Below are positions 26,283 through 36,171 of a stretch of DNA of 55,730 nucleotides, in pieces. The position numbers and the translations under genes are program-made. The stretch is from a virus (Duplodnaviria > Caudoviricetes): positions 1 to 55,730 of IMG/VR virus record IMGVR_UViG_3300044682_000046; one strand, written 5' to 3'. The notes beneath the pieces were generated by a model. It worked only from the letters and a program-made list of their open reading frames with translations. It searched no databases and was not told where the DNA came from. Every line of letters starts with the position of its first letter. Positions within the stretch are counted from its first letter, which is position 1.

Positions 26283-29200
26283 TCAATGATCCTGCGCCGA
26301 GACGATCGCGGCAAAGCCGCCCGCCGAAGACCCGGCTGCTCCAGGTGTGCCGTGGCTCGATCCTCCACCGGGGCCGCCCGACGCGCCGTAGTTTCCAGCC
26401 AGGCCGCCATTGCCGGCTTGGGGTGTGGTTGTCGAAATCGTTCCGTCCGCCGCTGCGCCTCCTCCGCCGCCCTGTCCGAAGCCGCCCGCGCCGAAAAGAG
26501 AGACGAGGCCAGTCCCGCTCCATCCCGGAGCGCCGTTGCCGGAGTTCGTACTCGCAACCGAGGTGCCTGATCCCGCGCCGCCCGGAGAATTGCCGTTCGA
26601 CGCGGCCGTATTCTGTCCCGCGCCGCCCGGCGTCCCGTCGTTATTCGCGCCGGCCGCCCCGCCTGATGTGACCAGCGTGCCCGTCGTGCAGCCGGTTAGA
26701 GGCGTTGTCCCACCCGGACACCCCACGCCGCCCGTACCCGTACCGCCGCCGCCGCCAGCGCCCGTATAGATCGAGTTCCCGCCTTTCTTGCCGGCGTTGA
26801 TGAATGTGGCCGATCCCGTTCCTCCGGGGGCGCCGACGCCGCCGTCGCTGTTGGGAGGAGCGCCGCCGACGCCGCTCGCGCAGGTAATGGCCCCTCCGGG
26901 AAACGTGTAGGTTCCTGATGGGCAAGTCTGCGCCGACGTCGTGCCGGCGATCGAGCCCGCGGCGGTCATGGCCTCCGCGGCAATGGCGCCCGCTTGGGCC
27001 ACGCTCAGCGCGTAGACGCACGGCGTCCCGACGCTGCACGAGCCGGGCGTCCCCGAGACGAGCCCCGTGATCGTCGTAGACGCCGTGACGCTTGTGCCGT
27101 GCAGGAAGAAAGCCGACCCGGTCGAGGCGTATTGGATCGTCCCCGTCGTCGGGTTGGCCGTGAGGACGAGCTGCGAAAGGTTTCCGACGAGCACCGAGCC
27201 CGTGAACGCGGCCGCGGTCGGCGCGGTGGCGTTCCCGCCGCTGAAGGCGTAGGGAGCAGAGGAAAACAAGATGCCGGTCGGTGCTGTGCCGATCTTCGTG
27301 CTGAGCCCGCCGCATGCCGAGTCGACGGTGAACGTGTAGATTACGCCGCCGCTGTCAGAGGTGACCTGCGTCAGTTCCTCGGCTGAGGCGCTCGCGCCTG
27401 GCGAGCCCGGGGCGCCAACCCCAATGCCACCGGCGAGGCCATTGGTCGAGCACCCGCCCGACCCGATCAAGCCGATCGTGTGGACCGGGCACCAGTCCGG
27501 CCCGTAGGTGTAGACCCCCGGCGACGTGTAGCGCGTCGGGGCCGGCGTGCATGACGGGGGAACGGAAGTATTGTTCGCCGCGAACGGATACCAAATCTCG
27601 CTTCCCACACGGAAATATTGGTAAGGAGCGACCGGGATGTTCGCGTCGCCGAGGCTGCCATAGAAGCTCGTGACGGCGTTCTTGTAGGTAGGCGTGACCG
27701 TTCCGCTGACGACGAGGCCGAGGTCGGGGTCAATCTGCAGCCCTACCACCGTCGCGGCCGGAATGATGGTCGAATGCGCGAGTTCGAGCCATTGAGCGTA
27801 GGACGTCATGCCAGGGGTGACCCCAAGTACCTCATCCTGGAACGACAAGCTCGCGCCACCGTAGGGCCACGAGACGGGGCTCGCCGGCCGCGCGCTCGCC
27901 AGGTCAAGCCCGAGCGTATGCGCCGCGGTTCCGGTCGCCCAGGTCAGGGTCGGCGCGGGCCAATAGGGGCAATAGGCGCTGACGCTCGGCCAGATGCGGA
28001 TATAGTCGTTGACTACGCCAGTATAGGCGTTCGCTTCGAGGTCGAACGGGCACGGGGCCGAGGTCATCGTCTCGGTGCCCGAAGACGGCACGGAAGTCTC
28101 ATTTTGGTCATTGCTCAATGCGAACTCAGCGCCGGCGCAGCCCGCGCCCTGGCAGTAAGCGATCCCGTTGTAGTATTGAATGCTCGCGGCCCCCCCGATA
28201 TAGGCCGTGATGACGCTGTTAGAGGCCCCCGTGCTATTCCCGGCGAGTCCCGTCCCGTAGAGCGCGTCGCCAACAGAGACAATCCCGCTCGCGCCGACGC
28301 TCGTGATGGTGAGGACGCCCCAATTCTCCTGCCAAGCGGCCGGCTCGCCGCTGAGATTGTTCTGGAGGGCGTAGTTCTGGGCGAAGTTGTCGAGCCAGAC
28401 CGCGTGGACGCCCGCGCCGCCAGGAGTGCCACTGACCTGACCGAGCGCGAGCTGCCCGATCCAGCTCGGGAACCCGCCGCCGTTGCAGGGAAAGCCGCTC
28501 GCAAGATTGGTGCAATTGAGGAGGCCGCCCTCCTGGTAGCAGTTCGACGACGGCGTGCCGACGCCGGTGCCCCCGGTCGCGGACGTCACCGTCATGAACC
28601 CGGCCGTGATTATGCCTGAGACCTGGCAAGAGGCCGGCGTAACCTGGCCGACGATGGCGGCATAGGGAGTCGCTGCCGCGGCCGCATTGAGATACGTCTG
28701 AATAGTGGAAGCAATTATGGCCCAACTATCGCCGGACAGCGTGGGCAGCGTGGCCGTGACGGTCTGAACGCCGTGGACGTTCGTTCCGCCAATGCCGATG
28801 GTGATCGTCGATCCGCCAAGCGCCTGGATCGCTCCAAGCGCGCAATAGGTTTGCCCGATCTTGCATGTCGTATCGGTCGTTGTAATCGGGCCGTCGGCGA
28901 CCGGAACCTGTTCGAGCACCGCGCCGAGGCCACGCGCACGGCCGCCGCCGACCGGGCTGCGGGTAAAAAACAATTCGGCGTTGCCGCTGGAGTAGCCGCT
29001 AAAAAAGCCCTGACAACTGATGTATTCCGGCTTGCCGTCGCCGCTCGTCGTCCCGAAAAAATCGGCGCAATCATTGAGATTGCCAAAGCCGAAACTCTGG
29101 TCGAAAAGCGCATTGTGATCAGGCGTTGCGATCCAACCGACGACTTGGCCGTGCGTATTCGGGATGGTCGCAAGGCCCCCGCCAATGCCCGGAGGCGCGC

Positions 29201-29297
29201 CGGGGAGCGACATGCCGGCCGGCGTCATGGCCGGGGCCGCGCGCGCGGCCGGTATGCCCGCTAGCAGCAGGATGATGGCAAAGAGAGCGCGGAGCAT
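26283..29297 (-). CDS. signal-peptide protein with tail-sheath-like N-terminal half and Gly-rich C-terminal domain (paralogue A)
   Basis: MLRALFAIILLLAGIPAARA; DCADFFG....PEY.SC..FFSGYS...LFFTR; long GxG-rich tail. Confidence 0.8.
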   Translation of the reverse strand: MLRALFAIILLLAGIPAARAAPAMTPAGMSLPGAPPGIGGGLATIPNTHGQVVGWIATPDHNALFDQSFGFGNLNDCADFFGTTSGDGKPEYISCQGFFSGYSSGNAELFFTRSPVGGGRARGLGAVLEQVPVADGPITTTDTTCKIGQTYCALGAIQALGGSTITIGIGGTNVHGVQTVTATLPTLSGDSWAIIASTIQTYLNAAAAATPYAAIVGQVTPASCQVSGIITAGFMTVTSATGGTGVGTPSSNCYQEGGLLNCTNLASGFPCNGGGFPSWIGQLALGQVSGTPGGAGVHAVWLDNFAQNYALQNNLSGEPAAWQENWGVLTITSVGASGIVSVGDALYGTGLAGNSTGASNSVITAYIGGAASIQYYNGIAYCQGAGCAGAEFALSNDQNETSVPSSGTETMTSAPCPFDLEANAYTGVVNDYIRIWPSVSAYCPYWPAPTLTWATGTAAHTLGLDLASARPASPVSWPYGGASLSFQDEVLGVTPGMTSYAQWLELAHSTIIPAATVVGLQIDPDLGLVVSGTVTPTYKNAVTSFYGSLGDANIPVAPYQYFRVGSEIWYPFAANNTSVPPSCTPAPTRYTSPGVYTYGPDWCPVHTIGLIGSGGCSTNGLAGGIGVGAPGSPGASASAEELTQVTSDSGGVIYTFTVDSACGGLSTKIGTAPTGILFSSAPYAFSGGNATAPTAAAFTGSVLVGNLSQLVLTANPTTGTIQYASTGSAFFLHGTSVTASTTITGLVSGTPGSCSVGTPCVYALSVAQAGAIAAEAMTAAGSIAGTTSAQTCPSGTYTFPGGAITCASGVGGAPPNSDGGVGAPGGTGSATFINAGKKGGNSIYTGAGGGGGTGTGGVGCPGGTTPLTGCTTGTLVTSGGAAGANNDGTPGGAGQNTAASNGNSPGGAGSGTSVASTNSGNGAPGWSGTGLVSLFGAGGFGQGGGGGAAADGTISTTTPQAGNGGLAGNYGASGGPGGGSSHGTPGAAGSSAGGFAAIVSAQDH

Positions 29298-29298
29298 C

Positions 29299-30519
29299 TT
29301 AGTAGAGTTCCGAACACACGATCTGCTGGCTGGCCGAGGAAGTGATCCCGTACAGCGCACTGGTCACTGGAAAGGTCAGAGTCGCCCCAATGTACCCCGG
29401 CAAGAGCCAGCCCAGCGTAGCGCCCGTCGCCGTCACGGTCGTTCCGCCAAGGTAGACGTTTGTCGTCCCAAGATTTTCACACATTACCGCGATGCGGCCG
29501 GTCCCCGGCGCGCCTGTCCTGGCGCTGAAAATGAGTGTCCCGCCGTTAGAGCCTGCCCCGCCGCTTGAGGCGATGGTGAACGGCGCCGGGGCGAAATTAT
29601 TTGCGCCGACAGGGTTCGCGCCCTGGAGGGCCGCAGTGGCGGCGCCCGACGGAAGCGGAGCACTGGCCAGCGCCACATTGATAGTCGATTGATCCGAGGC
29701 GATATTGACCGTCGGCGAGGCCGACATGGTCGTCTGCCCGAGACCCTGCGCGTTATTGACCTGAATGCCGTTGGTTGTGCCTGGCGTGGTCTGGTCGATG
29801 TCGACTTTGCCGACAATCTGCGATCCGGCGGCAAGTCCGACGGCGCCGCCACTGTTTTGCATCGGCGAACCCAACGTCGCGTTGATCGTCGAGAGCGAGC
29901 CGTTCGCCGTCGTCTGGTTTGCAGCCGTCGCCAGCGCGGCGCCGCTTGGGCCTACAGCCGTCATGTTGAGATTTGCGGCTGTCGGTTGGGTAACAACGCC
30001 CCCGCTACTCGGTCCGCCGCCTCCACCACCTGATCCGGTCGGCAGGCCGGCGCCCCCAGAAATGTTAATCGCGAGCGTGCCCGCCGGGGAGATGCAGGCA
30101 ATATCAGTCGCGCCGGCGGGCACGGTGAACGCAACCCAGGAATTGGCCTGAATTACATCATTGCCGGCCGTCGCCGTGACGCTGCTTGATCCATAGGTGC
30201 AATAGGCGACATTGGCCGACGTGTTGTAAACAACATCGACAATTCCGGTGGGGACCGCCACACGCTGGCTGGTCGTTAAGGCCGACGACAATTGCGAATA
30301 GGAGGGCGTCGGCGTGAAGCCGCCTAATGTCGCCGAGAATGTGCCAGAAATGGGCAGCGGATTTGAACCGGAAACCGGGGCCATCTGCCCCGACCCGTTG
30401 TTGGTCAAAGGAACCGTGCCAGTTGCTTGATGGCCATCCGGCGTTGGAAAGACTATCTGCGCCAACGAATGATGGCCCAAGGCGCAAAGGATCGCCGCCG
30501 CGTAAAGGGCGCGCTTCAT
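29299..30519 (-). CDS. signal-peptide fibre/decoration-like protein
   Basis: GAGG RBS; MKRALYAAAILCALGHHSLA; two small beta domains (N.....AY..YG...VTAT and N.G..NVYLG...VTAT) linked by an ATAANQTT stalk. Confidence 0.75.
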   Translation of the reverse strand: MKRALYAAAILCALGHHSLAQIVFPTPDGHQATGTVPLTNNGSGQMAPVSGSNPLPISGTFSATLGGFTPTPSYSQLSSALTTSQRVAVPTGIVDVVYNTSANVAYCTYGSSSVTATAGNDVIQANSWVAFTVPAGATDIACISPAGTLAINISGGAGLPTGSGGGGGGPSSGGVVTQPTAANLNMTAVGPSGAALATAANQTTANGSLSTINATLGSPMQNSGGAVGLAAGSQIVGKVDIDQTTPGTTNGIQVNNAQGLGQTTMSASPTVNIASDQSTINVALASAPLPSGAATAALQGANPVGANNFAPAPFTIASSGGAGSNGGTLIFSARTGAPGTGRIAVMCENLGTTNVYLGGTTVTATGATLGWLLPGYIGATLTFPVTSALYGITSSASQQIVCSELY

Positions 30520-30551
30520 TGGGGAACCTCGCGGGGGAATGGAAGAGAGTT

Positions 30552-31205
30552 CTAGACCACGATCGGCGCGGCCGGGCCGTAGGAGAGCACTGTCGCCGAG
30601 AAGGGCGCCGCCACGCCTACCGTCAGCGTCGAGTTGGCGAAGATATCTTGCGTGAGCACGCCGTCGGTCGCCACAAGCGTCATCGAATAGGCCCCGGCCG
30701 CCCATCCGGCATTATTCAAAGCCGTACATGTCGCCGTCAGGATATTCGAGAGTGAGCCGCTGATTACGATTCCGCCCCCGGTTGCAATCCCCGTTGTCGC
30801 CGCGCTCGCCCAGCCGCCTTGCGGATTGGCGATCGTGAGCGTCACGCCATTTGCAAGCGCGATTGCCCCGGCCGTCTCACATGTCGCGTTGACAATAATC
30901 GAACCGCTTGCGGGGATCGTGACAGACGAGGGAAGCGCCCAGACATTGCCATTCGGGTCGGTTAGAAGGCCGGCGGCGATTACCGCGCCGCCCGTCCCGC
31001 CGGCCTGGACCGGGACCGTCGCATAGGTTGCGGTCGAAAGCTCGGCGACTATTTCGCCCGTTGTATTCGGCGGAAAGATCGAAAGCGTGAACGTGATCCC
31101 GGTTAAGGGAGCGCCGAAGGCAAGCGAGAACGTAAGGTCTTCTTCGCCGCTGATGCTGGCCTGGGCCTGGACAAGCGAGAGAAGCGGAATGTTCGTCGCA
31201 GTCAT
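30552..31205 (-). CDS. tail accessory protein containing a baseplate-J-like beta domain
   Basis: DPNGNVWALPSSVTIP...ATCET.GAI.L...I.NPQ.GW matches the J gene in this window. Confidence 0.7.
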   Translation of the reverse strand: MTATNIPLLSLVQAQASISGEEDLTFSLAFGAPLTGITFTLSIFPPNTTGEIVAELSTATYATVPVQAGGTGGAVIAAGLLTDPNGNVWALPSSVTIPASGSIIVNATCETAGAIALANGVTLTIANPQGGWASAATTGIATGGGIVISGSLSNILTATCTALNNAGWAAGAYSMTLVATDGVLTQDIFANSTLTVGVAAPFSATVLSYGPAAPIVV

Positions 31206-31504
31206 GATCTAATGATCCCCGCGCTCGCGCTCGCCCTTGTTGGCGTCCATTTGAGAAAAGCGGCTTTTGTGCGCCGAGAGAGGCGGGGCTCAATCGATCC
31301 GTCGCGTGTGACGACGATCCTAATGTCTTCGCGGTCCGGACCAAATGGAACCCATTTTTCCAGCTCATCGAGCGCGGTCTTGTTGAACGCGCGAAGCTCA
31401 GTTTTCGACAGCTGGCGGCGGACGAAAAGCGGAGATGCCAATTCGGTGAGCCGCTTGATGAATTCGGCGATCCGCGCCGCACGTTCTTGGACCAAAGTCA
31501 TCAA
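31202..31504 (-). CDS. hypothetical protein
   Basis: ATGA coupling. Confidence 0.55.
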   Translation of the reverse strand: MMTLVQERAARIAEFIKRLTELASPLFVRRQLSKTELRAFNKTALDELEKWVPFGPDREDIRIVVTRDGSIEPRLSRRTKAAFLKWTPTRASASAGIIRS

Positions 31505-31552
31505 AGTTAATCCAGTTATTTGCCCGCCAGACGCGATGCGGGGCGGCGGCGA

Positions 31553-32650
31553 TCAGGGGGAGTACCAGCCGGGCGACACCACATTTCCCGCGCCTGTCCC
31601 GGAGATCGTCGCTCCGTCCGCAACAATTCCACCGCCGTAAAGGCATGAATATCGATAAGTATCACTCGTAACCGTACCGCTCTGATTAAACTGGGCGGCG
31701 CTTATCGTAATGACTCCATTCGCAGACGTTTGCATCGTCCCATTTGTAGTTGACGATGTGCCATAGTTAACATCGGCGATATTTGTCGTGTACCCGTCTG
31801 TAAATCCAAGAACGATCTGGGCACCGGCGCCTACAGCGCCAAAGAACCCATAATAGGCTCCGTTGAGGAACTCAATCGTGCTTGTTGCATTACCATACGT
31901 TGCAATGTAGCCTCCAAATGAGGAAATGCAAGGTGACACCCCCGCAGTCGGGCTTGAAAAGATGAGGTTGCCTAAAGCTATATTGCTTCCAGGCTGTGCA
32001 TTGACGCCCTGATACTGAGACGCCACTGAAAACCCAGTAACCAATACATTAGCCCCGTAGCCGGCAAGTATCCCCACTCCAACCGATACGGACGAAGTTC
32101 CAACAAGAAACGTGCTGGCGGCTCCTGCCGTGCCAATAATGATCCATTCGCTGATGAAACTGCGCGGGACCGAGATGCCTGAGTATGTGCCTGGGGCGAC
32201 GTTGATTGTAACGCTAGCCAAGCTGGCGTAGCCCGCGATCGTCGAGAAAGCATGGGCGAGTGTAGCCCACGGGCCAGACCCTCCGCTCACCGTCGCCGTT
32301 AGTCCATTATTCGAGTCGCTTGCGCCGGTTCCGCCTACAAAATAATTACTCGCCGGAGGAAGTGAAACGAAGTATGTGCTCAGATATTGAACGAGCGCAG
32401 CCTCGAATTCGGCCTCCCAATTAGCCACAATCCCGTTGTCGAGGACATTGTTCGACTGATTATCGGCGACGAATTGAGAGAGCGCGGCCGCGACAAAGGT
32501 TGCCTGCCGTGTTGAACTATTGTACGCTATGGGGTCCGCTAAACCATTTACAACTCCGGTTTGAAGCGGCGTCAAGGCCGCATATTCGGCGTTCGTGTAA
32601 ACATTAGAGCTGGGTTGAATGGCCCAAGCCAGAAATTCATTCGTTGGCAT
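31553..32650 (-). CDS. tail fibre protein
   Basis: Follows DUF2612; N.F..WA....NV...RQA....A...QF baseplate-binding N-terminus; YFV....SD.NNG....PWATL..A then beta-helix-like region. Confidence 0.8.
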   Translation of the reverse strand: MPTNEFLAWAIQPSSNVYTNAEYAALTPLQTGVVNGLADPIAYNSSTRQATFVAAALSQFVADNQSNNVLDNGIVANWEAEFEAALVQYLSTYFVSLPPASNYFVGGTGASDSNNGLTATVSGGSGPWATLAHAFSTIAGYASLASVTINVAPGTYSGISVPRSFISEWIIIGTAGAASTFLVGTSSVSVGVGILAGYGANVLVTGFSVASQYQGVNAQPGSNIALGNLIFSSPTAGVSPCISSFGGYIATYGNATSTIEFLNGAYYGFFGAVGAGAQIVLGFTDGYTTNIADVNYGTSSTTNGTMQTSANGVITISAAQFNQSGTVTSDTYRYSCLYGGGIVADGATISGTGAGNVVSPGWYSP

Positions 32651-32657
32651 CAGGCCC

Positions 32658-33374
32658 TCACGTCACAACGTTTTCGGCTACATAGTCAGGCGTCGCGCCC
32701 CAGGCCCCAACGCCCCACCCGCTGATGAATTCGTTCTCGACGCCCCATCCGAAAACAGGCGCGCCGGCGACCGTCGTCACGCCCCATTGGACGCCCATGC
32801 CAGCCGGCTTCACCGGAATGAGCCATTGCTGCAAAATTGCGAGATCGACAACGTTTGGGAGCGTCCCTGAGATGCCAATCCCGATAACGAGATTAGTTGA
32901 AGTCCGGTTCGGCGGATAGTCAGTCTGGTCGATTACGAAAACATTCAGCCCGCTATAGACCGACAGATACTCGGCAAGCGCGGCTTGGATCGACGGCCCA
33001 AGGCCATTGCAATTATTCGCTAAAATCTTGGCGTAGATCAGCCGGCGAAACGTTTCGTCGTCCAGCACCGAGAGTTGCGTGCCTTCATAAGGCCCGTACC
33101 AATAACCCTGGCCCCAGCCAAGCCCAGGCGTGCCCCAAGAGAACCATGGATTTTCGACCGGCACGGGAATTTCGCGCGAGCAGCCAACCCAAGCCCCTAC
33201 CGCGTCGAGCTGCACGCCGATCGCCTCGCCGACCGAAAAGGCCGCCGGCAATGAGGCGAGAAACGCTTGCTGATCGACAAACGGCGCGAGCACAAGCGAA
33301 AGCTCGGCCATGAAATTGGCGTCTTGCGCATTGTAAGGCGGGACAAGCGCAAGATATTCAGCGAGCGTTCGCAT
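32658..33374 (-). CDS. DUF2612 baseplate wedge protein
   Basis: A.GVQLD.VG.WVG.SR, LDD..FR.LI.AKI..N, KPAG.G. Confidence 0.88.
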   Translation of the reverse strand: MRTLAEYLALVPPYNAQDANFMAELSLVLAPFVDQQAFLASLPAAFSVGEAIGVQLDAVGAWVGCSREIPVPVENPWFSWGTPGLGWGQGYWYGPYEGTQLSVLDDETFRRLIYAKILANNCNGLGPSIQAALAEYLSVYSGLNVFVIDQTDYPPNRTSTNLVIGIGISGTLPNVVDLAILQQWLIPVKPAGMGVQWGVTTVAGAPVFGWGVENEFISGWGVGAWGATPDYVAENVVT

Positions 33375-34685
33375 TCAGATCGTAACGATCACGGACAGCG
33401 GATTGACCGGATTCCCGTTCACGTCGACGATTATGTTGGCTATATCGTTGAACGCCATCACTACGTCGGCCGGCTCTAGCGTATTCCCATAAACGGCGAG
33501 CGTAAGGGCCGTGACCTCATACGTCGAGGAGGCCAAGTTGATCGAATTGAACGTCGCCAGCGCTGTAGCAATAGCGCCCTGGTTGCCCGCCGCAACGGCC
33601 GCCTGCAACGCCGCCGCGGCCTGAGTCAGGATCGGCGCGAGATAGGCCGCGGCAAACCCCCTCGTTTGCTGAACGTTGTTCCCGGTTCCAAGTGAATTGA
33701 TCCAGGCCGCCATGCTCTGTTGAATGAGCGCAGCCGTGCTGGTCGCGTATAGCGGGCCGGGCGCGATCGTAACCCCAACGCCGATCGGGACGACGGTTGC
33801 AAAAAAGAAATTGATGACATGGCCGACGCCAACAGCGTCATAGACCGTCTCGCTTGTCGTTCCCCACGTTCCGCAACCGAATTTGTATTGCTGGATTGTC
33901 TGTGCGATCGTCAGCGCGTTGCCGCCCTGGATCACAAGATAAATCGAATATCCGGGCGCGCCGTTGCTATCCGGCGCGTCGGTTTCGTTTTGGTAGGGCA
34001 CGCATGTCTCGACGCCGGGGATTTCGAGCACGGCGCCAACAATCCCGGCCAGCATCGTCGAGGCCGGGATTTGCGTCGATTGCGCCTGCCGGACACGAAG
34101 CTGCGCGTCCGTTTCGACCGGCGCCCCCGGCGTCGCCGACGAGGTTGTCGTAACGGTTTGCCAGCCCATCTGCGGGTTAAGGATCGTCAGCCCGTTCATG
34201 CCCCCGGTAGTCAGGCCCAAGGCAAGCTGGATCGCGCCTTGCGTCTGGCATGTCGCGCTGACGGCGATCTGTCCCGCGGGAAACGGGATCGTCACGCTTG
34301 CCGGGAGCGCCCACGTATTCCCGGCCGGATCGCTGAATTGCCCGTTGGAGATAACGCTCGCGCCGACGCCGACAATGAGGACCGGCACGCTCGAATTAGT
34401 CGGCACGTCCCGCTGGATGCCATTGATCTGAACATTGAGCGAGAGGCCCGCGCCCTGCGCGGTAGCGGGAGGAAAAGCGTTGTAGACGTCAACCGAGGCG
34501 GCATTTCCATCGTCAACCGCCGACGCGAGCAAGCCCATGAATTGGCCGTCCTCAGTATCGGAGGTTAGAACTACGTCGCTGCCGTATATGCCTTGGTAGC
34601 CCGTTGTGAAATAGATCAGGACAGTTGCGAATGGCGGCCTGTATATACCCGTTGCCGAAATCGAACATACAGGAGTATTGCCCAT
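33375..34685 (-). CDS. baseplate J-like protein
   Basis: IYG.D......DGQ, P.TAQG.GL, G...ETDAQLR.R, GV....Y.N.T...D.NG. Confidence 0.9.
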   Translation of the reverse strand: MGNTPVCSISATGIYRPPFATVLIYFTTGYQGIYGSDVVLTSDTEDGQFMGLLASAVDDGNAASVDVYNAFPPATAQGAGLSLNVQINGIQRDVPTNSSVPVLIVGVGASVISNGQFSDPAGNTWALPASVTIPFPAGQIAVSATCQTQGAIQLALGLTTGGMNGLTILNPQMGWQTVTTTSSATPGAPVETDAQLRVRQAQSTQIPASTMLAGIVGAVLEIPGVETCVPYQNETDAPDSNGAPGYSIYLVIQGGNALTIAQTIQQYKFGCGTWGTTSETVYDAVGVGHVINFFFATVVPIGVGVTIAPGPLYATSTAALIQQSMAAWINSLGTGNNVQQTRGFAAAYLAPILTQAAAALQAAVAAGNQGAIATALATFNSINLASSTYEVTALTLAVYGNTLEPADVVMAFNDIANIIVDVNGNPVNPLSVIVTI

Positions 34686-35044
34686 TACGATACACCTTGA
34701 AACACAATTGGTCCATATATTGTTGAAAGTTGACAGCTAACGGTCCACACTCGCGTCGTCGAGTCCTCGACGCTGGAATAATTATTGAACGGATTTGTCG
34801 GAGACATTCCAGGCGTTGCCAAGATTTGCGCCTGTATTGCGATGTCTCGCGTCGGAGTCGTGTTGTGACCTATGATTTGCGTTAGCCAGGGCGTACCCGC
34901 CGAGGCCGCAAGAAACCATTGGCCCCGCCACAATCCGAGACGAGAGCCGACAATCTGAGCAACGCCATCAGGGACGTTTATCCAGAAGTTATTCCGGCCC
35001 GCGCCGAATTGGCGAAGGCCATTGATGACTTGACGGACTCTCAA
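34685..35044 (-). CDS. baseplate wedge protein (gp25/W-like)
   Basis: VAQ....RL.LW.G.WFL....GTPW, IL.TPG, TIYG. Confidence 0.8.
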   Translation of the reverse strand: MRVRQVINGLRQFGAGRNNFWINVPDGVAQIVGSRLGLWRGQWFLAASAGTPWLTQIIGHNTTPTRDIAIQAQILATPGMSPTNPFNNYSSVEDSTTRVWTVSCQLSTIYGPIVFQGVS

Positions 35045-35063
35045 AGGATTTTCTTCATGTTCA

Positions 35064-36170
35064 TCAATGAGCCACGCAAATTACGAGTTCTCCCGCCGCA
35101 ATACTCGTATTCAGATATAATTCCCCAACGGGAACGCTGCTGGCAATTGCCGCCGCATTGTTTGCATACTGCGGGAGCGCGTTACCGTCGGCGACATGCG
35201 TAATCCCTACAACATTTGGATCGGGCAGCGTTCCCGAAAGATCGCCGCCCAGCGCCCCAACGTTTGACGACGCCGCTCCGGCCGCCAGCGCGCTACTCTG
35301 GACGCCGCCCGCCGGAAGATTGAGCGACGGGGCCGAAAGACTTAGGCTCGTTCCCGCCGTTAGCGAAAGGGATTGACCCGCTATCTGTTCAAGATTTTGC
35401 GCCGCATTTTGCGTGATATTCTGTTGCGCGGCGCTGGTAATGCTGGCCGTCGTCGCCGACGCGATCCCGTTTGTCGGATGGACGTTGACGGTATGCGCGC
35501 CGTTGTTCGCCGAGAGCAAAGCCCCCGCCGCATGCGTCAGGCTGACCAGATGCGTGGCGCCGCCGCTCACCGCACTGTGAATAAGCCCGGAAACGGCATT
35601 GTGGATTGTCTGGTAAAAGGTGCTCGCGCTGATGAACGGGTTTGTCGAGGGGTCGCTTGTCGGAACAACTTTCGAGGTCAACCCATTCGTCGGATGAACG
35701 TCGTGGGTTATGCGGCCGTCAAGCGACCGATGCTGAAAGGAATCCGGCTGCGGATTGGGGATCGTGTTAGGATCGCTCTTAATCCCGCCGAGATAGGCGC
35801 TATCGCTCGGGTTATGTTGCCGAGCGTCAAGAGGCGTCTGTTGGCCGCCGGCCTGATGCCATGAATCAACATTTCTGGCAAAAAAGAGAGCAATTCCCTC
35901 ATCGCCCGAAAGGACCGGATGCGTGCTCGTAACTTGACCGCCGCCCGCGAAATGAACCGGCATTGTCTGAAACGGCGGAGGCGGGACGTAACTCATCGTC
36001 CCGTCGGGATTTCTAACTAAGCCATTGATCGCACTGTTTGCGTTTGCCGTATGCTGGTCGCTACTCGTGATTATCGCGGGCAGCGCGGTGAATATCGTCC
36101 GAAGTTCGGCTTGGATCGCAGCCTTTAGCGCATCCGAATCATCGGCGGCGAGTTCCCATATCGTCGCCAC
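35064..36170 (-). CDS. baseplate central spike (Gp138-like N-terminus) with C-terminal extension
   Basis: TALPAII, PV.F.GGG....T.PV..GDE....F..R..D.W, R.H..SD. Confidence 0.85.
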   Translation of the reverse strand: MATIWELAADDSDALKAAIQAELRTIFTALPAIITSSDQHTANANSAINGLVRNPDGTMSYVPPPPFQTMPVHFAGGGQVTSTHPVLSGDEGIALFFARNVDSWHQAGGQQTPLDARQHNPSDSAYLGGIKSDPNTIPNPQPDSFQHRSLDGRITHDVHPTNGLTSKVVPTSDPSTNPFISASTFYQTIHNAVSGLIHSAVSGGATHLVSLTHAAGALLSANNGAHTVNVHPTNGIASATTASITSAAQQNITQNAAQNLEQIAGQSLSLTAGTSLSLSAPSLNLPAGGVQSSALAAGAASSNVGALGGDLSGTLPDPNVVGITHVADGNALPQYANNAAAIASSVPVGELYLNTSIAAGELVICVAH

Positions 36171-36171
36171 G

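Noticed and set aside
23913-32650. Diversity-generating retroelement or invertase-driven fibre switching
   Set aside because: No reverse transcriptase or invertase ORF and no near-identical template/variable repeat pair noticed
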